64,000 nucleotides of DNA from an uncultured Actinomycetota bacterium. GTDB taxonomy: Bacteria; Actinomycetota; Actinomycetes; JAHEKZ01. Below, one piece after another: positions 24,069 through 34,170 of the stretch; position 1 is the first letter of the stretch, and each line of letters opens with the position of its first letter. The DNA lies in NCBI GenBank assembly GCA_963829525.1, contig CAWHIJ010000003.1, positions 768,001 to 832,000 on the forward strand. The letters run 5' to 3'. A model generated the notes under the pieces. That model ran no database searches. It worked only from the letters and a program-made list of their open reading frames with translations, and had not been told where the DNA came from. The position numbers and the translations under genes were made by a program.

Positions 24069-24327
24069 TTGAGATGCGCTCCGGCTCTGCTGCTTCGCCC
24101 TCATCCCGTCCTGCGGCATCTGGGGAGTTGTCGCTATCCGAGCTTGACCTCAGACCGCTGACCGCGCCTGCGATACCAGCCACGCCCAAGGTGATGAGGG
24201 CGAGTGGAAGGATCCACCGACCGTCGATGTCCCACGAGAGCTGATCAGCGAGTAGGTAGACGGTGGCCGCGCCGCCGAACACAGCGCCGAAGATGAAGGA
24301 CGTCAGGTCGAACGGGTGGCGCTTCAT
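24061..24327 (-). CDS. Small membrane protein of the PspC locus
   Basis: MKRHPFDLTSFIFG, two TM helices; coupled to the upstream PspC gene. Confidence 0.75.
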   Translation of the reverse strand: MKRHPFDLTSFIFGAVFGGAATVYLLADQLSWDIDGRWILPLALITLGVAGIAGAVSGLRSSSDSDNSPDAAGRDEGEAAEPERISIS

Positions 24328-25520
24328 CGCACTACCTCCAGAGTGTCTTCGATCACGGTGATCTGGCCGAGCCCGGCGCTCAGCGTCAGGTCGAGGGATC
24401 CAGCCGAGAGGCCGGTCGTCGCGGTGCTTTCCCAGGTGCGGGTGACGTCGGCCCCGTCAATGGGTCTCTCGCCAGGCATGTCGATCGTCCCTACCGCGAC
24501 ATCCGAGGTGGCGCTGACGGTTGTGTCTTCTGGAAGGAGGACCCGCAACTCTCCGATCCCGACAGATGCGTCGATCTGCAGGGGCTCAACCGGATTGAGC
24601 TTGCGCAGGTCGAGAGTGAGCTGGCCAACTCCTAGTTTGTAGGTCGGTTGCAGGTCTGCAGGTGAGGTCACGCGGTACACACGCTCGCCGGCGCCAGAAC
24701 CGGCGTTCCAGCTCACGTCACTGGGGATGGCAGCCATCGGGATGAGGACAAGCACCAGGGCGACGCCCAGGGCGATGAGTCCGCGCGACCGTCCGACGAA
24801 CGCTCCAACCAGCAGGCCAACCGCTACTACAGCCAGCGCGGTCGCAACAACAATCACCCCAGTGACGTCAAGGATGTCGGCGACGTCGAGGGCGATCAGC
24901 GACCCGGTGACGAGGAGCAGGACGCCGATGGTGAGACGCCCAAGGACGGACTTTTCCCGTGGCGGCTTGGGAACTGCAAGGGGGGGAGGCGGCGGCGGGT
25001 TCGCCGGCAACGTCGACGGTGCGGCTTGAGCGGCGGGAATCGACTCCAGCGGGGCGGCTGTGCCATCAGAGCGTCGAGTGAGTGCAACGACCGCGGCGAC
25101 CACGAGGAAGAGCAGTACGACGCCGCCAAAGCCAGGCCCATCGCCCCAAACGCCCCACGCCAGCATTGGACCGATGAGGAGGACGCCGATGACAACTGCC
25201 GCGGCGATTCCGAGCGCGCCGTTGTTCCGGAAAAAGCGCTCGCCCATCGAGTCAGCGCGGCCATCCTCGGGGATGAAGAGCCAGCCAGCGAGGTAGAGCA
25301 GCAAGCCGCTGCCGCCGAAAATGGCCAACACGACAAAGGCCACTCGAACCAAGATCGGGTCGATGCCGAGGCTGCGGGCGATCCCAGCCGCGACGCCGCC
25401 GAGGACATTCTCGCTGCCGGTCGTGCGTCGCAGTGCTGGCCGCGGTGGGGCTGGTGGAACCGGGGGTGGGGGCGTGAAGCCAGGGGGCGGGGGGGCGTAT
25501 CAGGTCTCGTTCTCGGTCAT
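24324..25520 (-). CDS. PspC-domain membrane protein with LiaF/DUF2154-like C-terminus, in-frame TGA at codon 7
   Basis: ATG at 25520 reads MTENET*YAPPPPG...LRRTTGSENVLGGVAAGIARSLGIDPILVRVAF...LYLAGWLFIP, in frame with ORF 24324..25352; C-terminal GQLTLDLR, GELRVLLP. Confidence 0.82.
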
Positions 25521-25566
25521 GGCCCCATGCAACTCTCTTGTGCGCCTCGGCGCATCGGGCGGAGGA

Positions 25567-25628
25567 CCTGAGGTATCCCTGAAACCCGACCCTGAGTGAT
25601 CGAACCGATCGCTACGGTGGCTCCCTGA
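25567..25628. promoter_or_regulatory. (C)CCTGA repeats in the divergent PspC/kinase intergenic region, probable response-regulator operator
   Basis: CCTGA 25567; CCCTGA 25577, 25590 and 25623. Confidence 0.55.
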
Positions 25629-25663
25629 GGACTAACCCGCAGCGAACCCGCCACCATAGGGGG

Positions 25664-26902
25664 GTGACCACCCCTTCCGCGCAGAGCGCGCCAGTGCTGG
25701 CGGCTCCGCGCCTCACCCGTGCCTCCTCGGGCCGCATGGTCGGTGGGGTGGCACGGGGCATCGCCGAGCACCTTCGTGTCGACGTCTGGTGGGTGCGCGC
25801 TGGATTTGTCATCCTCGTGTTCATCGGTGGCTCCGGCTTCTTGGCCTACGCCATCTTGTGGGCACTCGTTCCGATCGACGCAGGAGCTGAGCAGGACCAG
25901 GACCAGGACACCTCCGCGACCACCGTTGACGGGCGAGGCACTGAGACCTCGCTCCTTCTGGTTCTTGGAGCGACGGGCGTGGTTGTCGGTACCCTCCTGC
26001 TTGCCTCGATGGCCGGACTCAGCGTTCGGGGTGTGGTGCCGCTGGGCGTCGCTGGCCTTGGGGCTGCGCTGATCTGGCTACGGGCCGATGAGGGACAACG
26101 GGACCGCCTTCGTACTGGCGTGGGCCGCGTGACCCCAGGGAGTCGCACGGGCCTGCTGCAGTTCGGACTCGGCGTCGTCCTTGTCCTGGTGGGGCTCATC
26201 TCATTCGGGGTTGGCGGCGTGGGTCTCGGACAAGCAGGCACCCTGCTCGCGGCTGTCGTCGTTGTTGTCGTCGGCATCGCCTTGGTGGCGAGTCCTTTCG
26301 CCCTACGCCTGTGGCGCGAGCGCGACGCCGAACGCCGGGCACGAATCCGCAGCGAGGAGCGCGCGGAGATAGCCGCGCAGGTGCACGACTCGGTGCTGCA
26401 GTCGCTGACCCTCATTCAGCGTAACTCTTCTGACCCGGTGGAGGTGACGCGGATAGCGAGGGCCCAGGAGCGCGACTTGCGGCGCTGGCTCTACCCAAAG
26501 CCTTCACCGCTGACGTCGTCGTTCCGTGCGGCGCTTGAAGAACTGGCCGCTGACGTTGAGGACACCTATGGCGTGCGCGTCGAAGTCGTGTGCGTCGGCG
26601 ACGTGGTGCTGAACGAACCCTTGACGGCGGTGCTTCAGGCCACGCGGGAGGCGGTGTCGAATGCGGGACGCCACTCGGGGGACGACACTGTGTCGGTGTA
26701 CGCGGAGATGACACCGACAGTGGTCATGGTCCATGTGCGTGACAGAGGGGTGGGCTTCTCGCTCGACGACGTCCCCGATGACCGCATGGGCGTCCGCGAG
26801 TCGATACTCAGACGCATCGAGCGTTATGGGGGACGTGCCTCGGTCACCACAGAACCGGGCGTCGGCACCCGAGTAGAACTGCTGATGGAGACGCGATCAT
26901 GA
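25664..26902 (+). CDS. Sensor histidine kinase with N-terminal PspC domain
   Basis: GRMVGGVARGIAEHL PspC; HDSVLQSL H-box; REAVSNA, VRDRGVGF, GTRVEL. Confidence 0.93.
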   Translation: MTTPSAQSAPVLAAPRLTRASSGRMVGGVARGIAEHLRVDVWWVRAGFVILVFIGGSGFLAYAILWALVPIDAGAEQDQDQDTSATTVDGRGTETSLLLVLGATGVVVGTLLLASMAGLSVRGVVPLGVAGLGAALIWLRADEGQRDRLRTGVGRVTPGSRTGLLQFGLGVVLVLVGLISFGVGGVGLGQAGTLLAAVVVVVVGIALVASPFALRLWRERDAERRARIRSEERAEIAAQVHDSVLQSLTLIQRNSSDPVEVTRIARAQERDLRRWLYPKPSPLTSSFRAALEELAADVEDTYGVRVEVVCVGDVVLNEPLTAVLQATREAVSNAGRHSGDDTVSVYAEMTPTVVMVHVRDRGVGFSLDDVPDDRMGVRESILRRIERYGGRASVTTEPGVGTRVELLMETRS

Positions 26903-27552
26903 GTCCTGTGACGAATCCACCTTCTGTCGTGCTTGTTGACGACCACCGCATGTTCCGCACTGGGGTGCGTACCGAGCTCGGCGACCAGGTGCGCATCCTT
27001 GGCGAGGCAGAAGACGTCGAGTCTGCTGTTGCCGTGGTTCTTGCGACTCAGCCGGAGGTGGTACTTCTCGACGTTCACCTTCCGGGGGGCAACGGGCCCG
27101 AGGTGATCAAGAGGGTTGGGGAGGGTGCTCCTGACACTCGGTTCCTGGCCCTGTCGGTGTCGGACGATGCTGACGATGTCATCGCCACCATTCGCGCAGG
27201 GGCGCGCGGATACGTCACCAAGTCCATTGACGGGGCCGAACTTGCAGATGCGGTGCGGCAGGTGGCAGCAGGCGATGCCGTTTTCTCGCCCCGGCTGGCC
27301 GGTTTCGTGTTGGACGCTTTTGCCGGGTCGGTGGAAGTGGCTGAGGTCGATGAGGAACTCGACCGACTCACACCTCGCGAGCGCGACGTCATGCGCTTGA
27401 TCGCCAGGGGCTACACCTATCGCGAGGCGGCGTCCGAGCTGTTCTTGTCGATCAAGACGATTGAGACGCACGTGTCCAGCGTGCTGCGCAAGCTTCAGTT
27501 GTCGAACCGCAACGAGCTCGCTCGATGGGCGTCTGATCGTCGGCTCACCTGA
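26899..27552 (+). CDS. NarL/LuxR-family response regulator
   Basis: VDDH, LLDVHLP, GYVTK, LTPRE...TIETHVSSVLRKL. Confidence 0.95.
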   Translation: MSPVTNPPSVVLVDDHRMFRTGVRTELGDQVRILGEAEDVESAVAVVLATQPEVVLLDVHLPGGNGPEVIKRVGEGAPDTRFLALSVSDDADDVIATIRAGARGYVTKSIDGAELADAVRQVAAGDAVFSPRLAGFVLDAFAGSVEVAEVDEELDRLTPRERDVMRLIARGYTYREAASELFLSIKTIETHVSSVLRKLQLSNRNELARWASDRRLT

Positions 27553-27569
27553 CGCCCTAAAGTGACGAC

Positions 27570-27914
27570 ATGGATTTCCTCGAACACACCCTTGTCGTTC
27601 TGCACTTCATCGGGCTGGCCAGCCTCTTGGGCGGCTTCCTCGTGCAGATGAAGGCGAGCCCGCGCGTCGTCAACAACGCCATGGTGCACGGAATCATCAC
27701 CCAGCTGGTCACCGGCGTCCTGCTTGTGGGGATCGCCGAGTCCGACGACGCGCCCGTCGATCACGCCAAGATCGGCGTGAAGTTGACCGTGGCCGTAATC
27801 GTGGCCGTGCTGGTCTTCGCCAACCGCAAGCGCGATGTGCTCAGCACCGGCGCGTGGGGGCTGATCGGCGGACTCACGATCGCCAACATCGTGGTCGCTG
27901 TCTTCTGGACCTAG
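27570..27914 (+). CDS. Conserved actinobacterial integral membrane protein
   Basis: Four hydrophobic segments; LHFIGLA, QLVTG, KIGVKL, NIVVAVFW. Confidence 0.75.
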   Translation: MDFLEHTLVVLHFIGLASLLGGFLVQMKASPRVVNNAMVHGIITQLVTGVLLVGIAESDDAPVDHAKIGVKLTVAVIVAVLVFANRKRDVLSTGAWGLIGGLTIANIVVAVFWT

Positions 27915-28714
27915 GCCGTACGAACGATTTGGAATGCCTCGGCGAGCCGACCCTCAGGCAGTCCGAAACGCTCAGCCACCATCTCGCCCCAGCCCCGGAT
28001 GAACTTCTCCAAGTCCTCCATGTGCGCCGTCTGCGACTCGTGTGCCTGCAGGGCGGCTATCTTCGTGGCGAACGTGTCGGTGATGTCCACGGCGTGGCCA
28101 GCCTGAGGACCTGCCATGACCCAGACCTCTTCGACGGTCCAGGCCTCGAGCTCTTCGTCGCCGAGCAATGAGACGTGAGCGAAGGGGTTTCGGGCGTCGG
28201 GATAGATCGCCTGGATCGCGGCCTCGCCGGCGGCAAGGTGATCCGGGTGCGAGGCCTGGATCCGCTCCCAGTTGCGTTCGGGGGACTGGATGAGCATTCG
28301 GCGCGGCTTCACCTGCCGGATCACCCGACTGATGTCGCGCCGGAGGTCGTGCGAGACGGTGAGCTCACCATCGCGGTAGCCGAGGTAGACGACGTCCGAC
28401 GCCCCCCACAGCGCAGCAGCGGCGCGTTGCTCAGCGCGGCGGATATCCGGAATGTCTGATCTCAGGACGTCTGGGTCGAAGCCCCCGGCGTCGCCGTCGG
28501 TGATCACGCAGAGGGTGACGGCGATCCCCTGGGCCGTCCACTGGGCCAAAGTGCCTGAGGCACCGAAGTCGACGTCGTCGGGGTGGGCGGTGACCACCAG
28601 AACACGCTCAACCTCGGAGTCGGGGAGATGCTCAGCCACTGGGGCTCCTTCTGCTGGATCACGGCTTGGTAGGCGGTTGTGGGTGCGCTGATCGGGTGAA
28701 CTGCTCCGCGCCAT
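27911..28714 (-). CDS. PIG-L/LmbE-family deacetylase (start may be about 28640)
   Basis: AHPDDVD and HPDH metal motifs, AHESQ. Confidence 0.9.
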   Translation of the reverse strand: MARSSSPDQRTHNRLPSRDPAEGAPVAEHLPDSEVERVLVVTAHPDDVDFGASGTLAQWTAQGIAVTLCVITDGDAGGFDPDVLRSDIPDIRRAEQRAAAALWGASDVVYLGYRDGELTVSHDLRRDISRVIRQVKPRRMLIQSPERNWERIQASHPDHLAAGEAAIQAIYPDARNPFAHVSLLGDEELEAWTVEEVWVMAGPQAGHAVDITDTFATKIAALQAHESQTAHMEDLEKFIRGWGEMVAERFGLPEGRLAEAFQIVRTA

Positions 28715-28764
28715 GGTAGGCAGGGGGCTTCAGCGCGGCATCCTCGCCGCCGAACGTACACGTG

Positions 28765-30552
28765 ATGCCTACCTCAGACAAGAGCCCTCCGCCTGCCGGT
28801 GCACCTGCTGCTTCTGGCCGTTGTGGCGACCCTCGTCCCGCTGGTTCTGAGCGCGCCGGCCGAGGCTGCCCCGCCACAGCCGAATACCCCCAGGTTCGGC
28901 AAGGCGATCGAAGGATACGCCCCCTATGAGGGCAACACCGATCTGCGATCCGGTCGACCGGCCGGGAGCGGAGAAGATCGCCGCCTTGATCCGGGCCACC
29001 TACGGTTCCGACGAGTCGATCGGCATCGCCCGCAACTCGTGCTACTCGCCCTCCGAGCACAACGACGGTCGAGCGCTCGACTGGATGGTCGACGCGACGA
29101 CCAGAGCAGGCAGAGCCAAGGCGGATTCGTTCTTGTCGTGGCTGCTGGCCACGGATGAAGACGGCCACACGAACGCGATGGCTCGTCGGCTGGGAATCAT
29201 GTACATCATCTTCAACAAGCGGATCTGGCGGGCGTACGGCGATCCCGGGTGGGGCTCCTACAGCGGCACCAACCCGCATACCGACCACATCCACATCAGT
29301 TTGAGCTACGACGGCTCGACTGGCCGTACCTCCTTCTGGGGCGGAAAGCCGCTCGAGAAGCCTTGCACCACCGCATCCTTGACTGAGCTCGGCGCCGCGG
29401 GTCCAGACCGACCCGATGCGTTACGTCGCGGTTCCTCCGACTCGTCTGGCGTCCACCGAGTCCGGGGCCGGGATGCTCAGCGGGCCTTGTCGGCTCTTCC
29501 AAGGCTCGGGTCGCCGCGTTGATGTGCAGGTGACAGGCACCGGCCCGGTACCCAGCAAGGGGGTTTCCGCAGTTGCCTTGAACGTTGCGATGCAGCGTCC
29601 AAACTGGAGTTCTGGTCTAACGGCCGGCCCGGCTGGTGGAGACATTCCGACGATTCGCCGGGTCTCGGCAGCCCAGAACCAGATCGGCTCGTCTTCCATG
29701 GTGCTTCCGGTGGGAGCTGATGGGAAAGTCAGCTTCTTCGCCGACTTCGGCGCCACTGATCTCGCAGTGAGTGTGGTCGGCTATTACGTCAACCCGGATG
29801 CGCGTCTGGCGCTTCGCCGGGTGATCGCAGCCGATGGCGGCGACCAGTTCGATGCTGTTCGCCCTCAGCGCCTGGCCACTCTCTCGCTCGGTCCCAGCGG
29901 GGCAAACAAGCTGCCGGTCGCGGGCCAGGCCGGAACTGACCCGGCGTCATCGTCGGCCGTTCTGAGCCTGACCGTCGCCCCGGGGGACGGGCACGGTTCG
30001 CTCTACGCCTACCCGGCCGGAGGCAACCGCCCGAAGATCCCGGTACTGACCTACCGTCGTGGAGCCACCACGGTGCAGACCTCAGTGCCTTTGGGTCGTG
30101 CTGGAGCGGTCGTGATCGAGAACGACGGGTCCGACGGCCGAAGCGTCGCCGTTGACGTTGCCGGTGCCTATGAGCCAGTCGCCCTCAACGGCGGCGGAAG
30201 CCTCGCCCTGCGAGCCAATCCGAAAACCGTTGTTGACACCGGGTCTGATCTGCAGGTGTCGAACCTCGGTGACGGGTCGATCAAGGACTTCTCGGTGAGC
30301 GCCGCGGTCCCTCGTGACGCCGACAGTGTGCTTCTGCAGGTTACGGCGCGGCGCGCCGTAACCTCGGGCACGCTGACCTTCTGGCGCCCCGGCGGATCAC
30401 GTCCGGATACGACAGACCTGTCAGTCGCCCCGGGGCAAACCGTCACTGGAACCGTTGTCGCAGGGGTTGGTGACCAGGGGATGGTCAGGGTGAGAAACAC
30501 CGGTGCCAAGGGCGTTGACGTGCGCGTCACGGTGCTCGGTTCGTTCCGCTGA
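28765..30552 (+). CDS. Secreted cell-wall metallopeptidase-like protein (M15/Hedgehog-fold-like) with two C-terminal surface modules, frameshifted
   Basis: Signal peptide; SEHNDGRALDW...YIIFNKRIW...NPHTDHIHIS; repeated PTRL...VDVQVTG...VSAVALNV...VSVVGYY modules; shifts near 28945 and 29390. Confidence 0.7.
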
Positions 30553-30588
30553 TCTGTCGTCTAGACGCTGTCTCGGGCTGCCACGTGG

Positions 30589-32898
30589 GTGTCTGCCTCG
30601 CCGCCTAGACTTCGGTCGGTGACCTCCCTTTTCGACGATCTCCCAGGCTTCGCGCCCGTCGCGCAGCCGACGTCGTCGCGCGGGCCGGCGATCGATACCC
30701 GGGCCCTGCTCGAGGGGCTGAATGATCAGCAGCAAGCTGCCGTCAAGCACGAGGGCAGCCCCCTCTTGATCGTCGCTGGCGCGGGATCGGGAAAGACTCG
30801 AGTGCTCACCCACCGGATCGCCTACCTCTTGGCAGCTCGGGGGGTCCAGCCGGGCCAGATACTTGCCATCACGTTCACGAACAAGGCCGCTGGTGAGATG
30901 AAGGAGCGCGTGCGCGCTCTCGTGGGTCCCCGGGCGAAAGCCATGTGGGTGTCCACCTTCCACTCCGCTTGTGTGCGCATCCTGCGTGCTGAGAGCAAGC
31001 GGTTAGGCATGTCGTCGTCGTTCTCGATCTACGATGCGGCCGACTCACAGCGACTGATGACCATGGTCTGCCGCGATCTCGATCTCGACCCCAAGAGGTA
31101 CCCGCCCCGCTCGCTCACTGCGCAGGTGAGCAATCTCAAGAACGAACTAGTCGACTGGGAGTCGTACGCAAGTCGCACGGCGACGCCGACTGAAGAGATG
31201 CTGGCCGAGGTCTACCGCACCTATCAGCGGCGTTTACTCGAGGCCAATGCCGTCGACTTCGACGACCTGATCATGACGACGGTCAACCTGCTGCAGGCCT
31301 TCCCCGAGGCTGCCGAGCACTACCGACGACGCTTTCGACACGTTTTGGTTGACGAGTACCAGGACACCAACCATGCCCAGTACGTCTTGGTGAAGGAGCT
31401 TGTCGGACCTGCCGACGAAGAACTGCCACCGGCCGAGCTTGCAGTGGTCGGGGACGCAGACCAGAGCATCTACGCCTTCCGTGGCGCGACCATCCGCAAC
31501 ATCCTGCAGTTCGAAGAGGACTACCCGAACGCGCAGACGATTTTGCTGGAACAGAACTACCGGTCGACGCAGACCATCTTGTCGGCGGCGAACTCAGTCA
31601 TTGCGCGCAACCTCAACCGGAAGCCAAAGAACCTGTGGAGCGACTCCGGCTCGGGATGGCCGATTGTCGGTTACGTCGCCGACAACGAGCACGACGAGGC
31701 ATCGTTCGTCGCACAGACCGTTGACGAGCTCGGTGACAACGGACATGCGAAGCCTCGTGACGTTGCGGTGTTCTACCGCACCAATGCTCAGTCACGCGTT
31801 TTCGAAGAGGTCTTCATTCGCGTGGGACTGCCCTACAAAGTCGTCGGTGGCGTCCGCTTCTACGAGCGTCGCGAGGTGCGCGACGCACTTGCGTATCTTC
31901 GGGTGCTAGCCAACCCCGATGACGTCGTATCGATGCGTCGCATCGTCAACACCCCCAAGCGCGGGATCGGGGACCGCGCTGTCGCTGCAGTCGAGGTCTT
32001 TGCACAGCGCGAAGGCATCGGGTTCGCCCAGGGACTGGCACAGGCGGGTGTGGTGCCCGGCCTTCCCACGCGTTCGGTCAACGCCATCAACGGCTTCGTC
32101 CGCCTGATGGACATGCTGCGCACGCTCGTTGAGGCAGGAACTGGCCCGGCAACAGTTCTGGAGGCAGTCCTCGAGCAGACCGGCTACCTGGCCGAGCTGC
32201 AGGCGTCCCATGACCCGCAGGACGAGTCACGAATCGAGAACCTTCGCGAGCTCGAGGCGGTTGCGCACGAGTTCGAGGAGGCTGCTCCGGACGGCACGCT
32301 GGCTGACTTCATGGAGCAGGTGGCGCTTGTCGCCGATAGCGACCAGATCCCCGATGCCGGTGAGGACGGCGGGGTCGTCACGCTCATGACCTTGCACACC
32401 GCCAAGGGCCTCGAGTTCCCCGTCATCTTCTTGACCGGCATGGAAGACGGTGTCTTCCCGCACATGCGGTCGCTCGGCAACAGCCAAGAGCTCGAGGAAG
32501 AGCGCCGGCTCGCCTACGTCGGCATCACTCGCGCTCGCGAGCGGCTCTACCTGAGCCGAGCGGTGATGAGGTCGGCCTGGGGTTCGCCGCAGTGGAACCC
32601 GCCGTCGCGTTTCCTTGAGGAGATTCCGGAAGAGCTGGTCGACTGGCAGCGCGAGGACACCGGTCAGTCGGCGCCTCCGCCATCGATTGCCCGCGCAACG
32701 CCTGTTCCTGGACGCTCTCCCGGTACCCGTGAGGTGATCGCGCTTGCTGCAGGAGATCGAGTGACGCACGACACCTTTGGACTGGGCAGCGTGGTGTCGA
32801 CGGCCGGTGCCGCCGACAAGGCTGAGGCGACGATCGACTTCGGTGACCTAGGGATCAAGCGCCTCCTGCTGCGCTACGCACCGGTGGAGAAGCTGTGA
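30589..32898 (+). CDS. pcrA: ATP-dependent DNA helicase PcrA/UvrD1
   Basis: AGAGSGKT, VDEYQDTN, GDADQSIY, QNYRS, TLHTAKGLEF, LAYVGITRAR, C-terminal Tudor-like LLRYAPVEKL. Confidence 0.97.
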   Translation: MSASPPRLRSVTSLFDDLPGFAPVAQPTSSRGPAIDTRALLEGLNDQQQAAVKHEGSPLLIVAGAGSGKTRVLTHRIAYLLAARGVQPGQILAITFTNKAAGEMKERVRALVGPRAKAMWVSTFHSACVRILRAESKRLGMSSSFSIYDAADSQRLMTMVCRDLDLDPKRYPPRSLTAQVSNLKNELVDWESYASRTATPTEEMLAEVYRTYQRRLLEANAVDFDDLIMTTVNLLQAFPEAAEHYRRRFRHVLVDEYQDTNHAQYVLVKELVGPADEELPPAELAVVGDADQSIYAFRGATIRNILQFEEDYPNAQTILLEQNYRSTQTILSAANSVIARNLNRKPKNLWSDSGSGWPIVGYVADNEHDEASFVAQTVDELGDNGHAKPRDVAVFYRTNAQSRVFEEVFIRVGLPYKVVGGVRFYERREVRDALAYLRVLANPDDVVSMRRIVNTPKRGIGDRAVAAVEVFAQREGIGFAQGLAQAGVVPGLPTRSVNAINGFVRLMDMLRTLVEAGTGPATVLEAVLEQTGYLAELQASHDPQDESRIENLRELEAVAHEFEEAAPDGTLADFMEQVALVADSDQIPDAGEDGGVVTLMTLHTAKGLEFPVIFLTGMEDGVFPHMRSLGNSQELEEERRLAYVGITRARERLYLSRAVMRSAWGSPQWNPPSRFLEEIPEELVDWQREDTGQSAPPPSIARATPVPGRSPGTREVIALAAGDRVTHDTFGLGSVVSTAGAADKAEATIDFGDLGIKRLLLRYAPVEKL

Positions 32899-32922
32899 CG
32901 GGTGGGCACTCGACGTGCACAT

Positions 32923-33417
32923 CTACTGAGAGATGGTGCCGGTAAACGTCTCGTGGCCTTCCATCAGTGCCGGGTCGGCCGGGAACTTGGTGACCATTTG
33001 GCCGGATCCTTGCATGCCCTGGTAAGCGCCCGTGCCGCTGAGGACCGTCCACGGTCCGCTCGCGCTCCGCTTCTTCATGTTGCGCGGGTCGAAGGCGATC
33101 GTCAAAGTCCCGTCCGAGCACTCGAAGGTGTGATCAAGCCACCCGTTAGTGGTGTTGCCGTGCCCTCCGCTGAATGTCCCCTTCGGACAGAAGGGCATAT
33201 TGCCGAGGGAGGATCCGTCAAGGACCTTCCCAGCGTCTACGACGTCTTGAAGGTTGGCGTAGGTCTTGATCAGAACCTCCTCTTGACCGTCGATGAGGCT
33301 TGTGGCGGATTGACTTTCAAGTGAGGGAGACGGCGATGCGGTCTCGGCGGCATCGTCTTCGCCGCATCCGCCTAGGACTAAGGCACTAGCGCAGACAGCG
33401 AGCAGAACATTCCGCAT
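32923..33417 (-). CDS. Hypothetical lipoprotein
   Basis: Lipobox LGGC; C-terminal GPWTVLSGTGAYQGMQGSG beta-barrel motif (dirigent/allene-oxide-cyclase-like). Confidence 0.7.
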   Translation of the reverse strand: MRNVLLAVCASALVLGGCGEDDAAETASPSPSLESQSATSLIDGQEEVLIKTYANLQDVVDAGKVLDGSSLGNMPFCPKGTFSGGHGNTTNGWLDHTFECSDGTLTIAFDPRNMKKRSASGPWTVLSGTGAYQGMQGSGQMVTKFPADPALMEGHETFTGTISQ

Positions 33418-33753
33418 GAGGGCAGATAACTCGCCTCTTCAGGGACCTGTCAAGCATTGCTGGCGACTCGTCGGCCGGTGTGCAATGCATAGCTGGCTGC
33501 TTAGAACTGCAGCAACGAAACGTCTTGTGCCTTCAGCCACTTACGAAACTCCTGAGCCTCATCGGAGGAGATCGGCCGTGGGGTCTTCTCGTGCAGTGCT
33601 ACGCGGCAGTAAGAGTCCTGAGGCTCCGGCCAGGAAGACGTTTCCCCTCCGGAGTCGACAAAGCCGTGCCGCCGTCGAACCGCACGCGAGCGCATGTCCA
33701 GCGTCGGTTACTCTTCGAGCGACCGAGCCTGGACCCTGCGCAAGGAGGCGGTA

Positions 33754-34170
33754 GTGAGCGAATCGTCAGCGCCTTCGACGCCGATCCGTGTCGTAGTGGC
33801 CAAGCCTGGTCTCGATGGGCATGACCGCGGGGCCAAGGTGGTGGCGCGTGCGCTTCGCGATGCCGGCGTCGAGGTCGTCTACACCGGACTGCACCAGACG
33901 CCAGAGCAGATCGTCGACGCGGCAATCCAAGAGGACGCCGACGCGGTCGGTCTCTCGGTGCTTTCGGGCGCGCACCTGACGCTGTTCCCCAAGGTCGTCC
34001 AGCTGCTCGCCGAACGCGGCGCGTCCGACATCGTTGTTTTCGGGGGCGGGATCATCCCCGACGCCGACATCCCCGTCCTTGAGGCGGCCGGCGTCGCCAA
34101 GGTCTTCACCCCCGGCGCGTCCACGCACGACATCGTCGCCTGGGTGACGACGACGCTGCGCAGCACTTAG
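33754..34170 (+). CDS. Stand-alone cobalamin-binding subunit of an acyl-CoA mutase (methylmalonyl/isobutyryl-CoA mutase small subunit)
   Basis: [18 protein letters not shown] (DxHxxG), [19 protein letters not shown]; RBS AAGGAGG. Confidence 0.92.
   Translation: MSESSAPSTPIRVVVAKPGLDGHDRGAKVVARALRDAGVEVVYTGLHQTPEQIVDAAIQEDADAVGLSVLSGAHLTLFPKVVQLLAERGASDIVVFGGGIIPDADIPVLEAAGVAKVFTPGASTHDIVAWVTTTLRST

Noticed and set aside
25500-25502. Selenocysteine or recoded TGA
   Set aside because: Lies in a disordered N-terminal linker, no SECIS-like hairpin follows, and TGA is used as a normal stop throughout.
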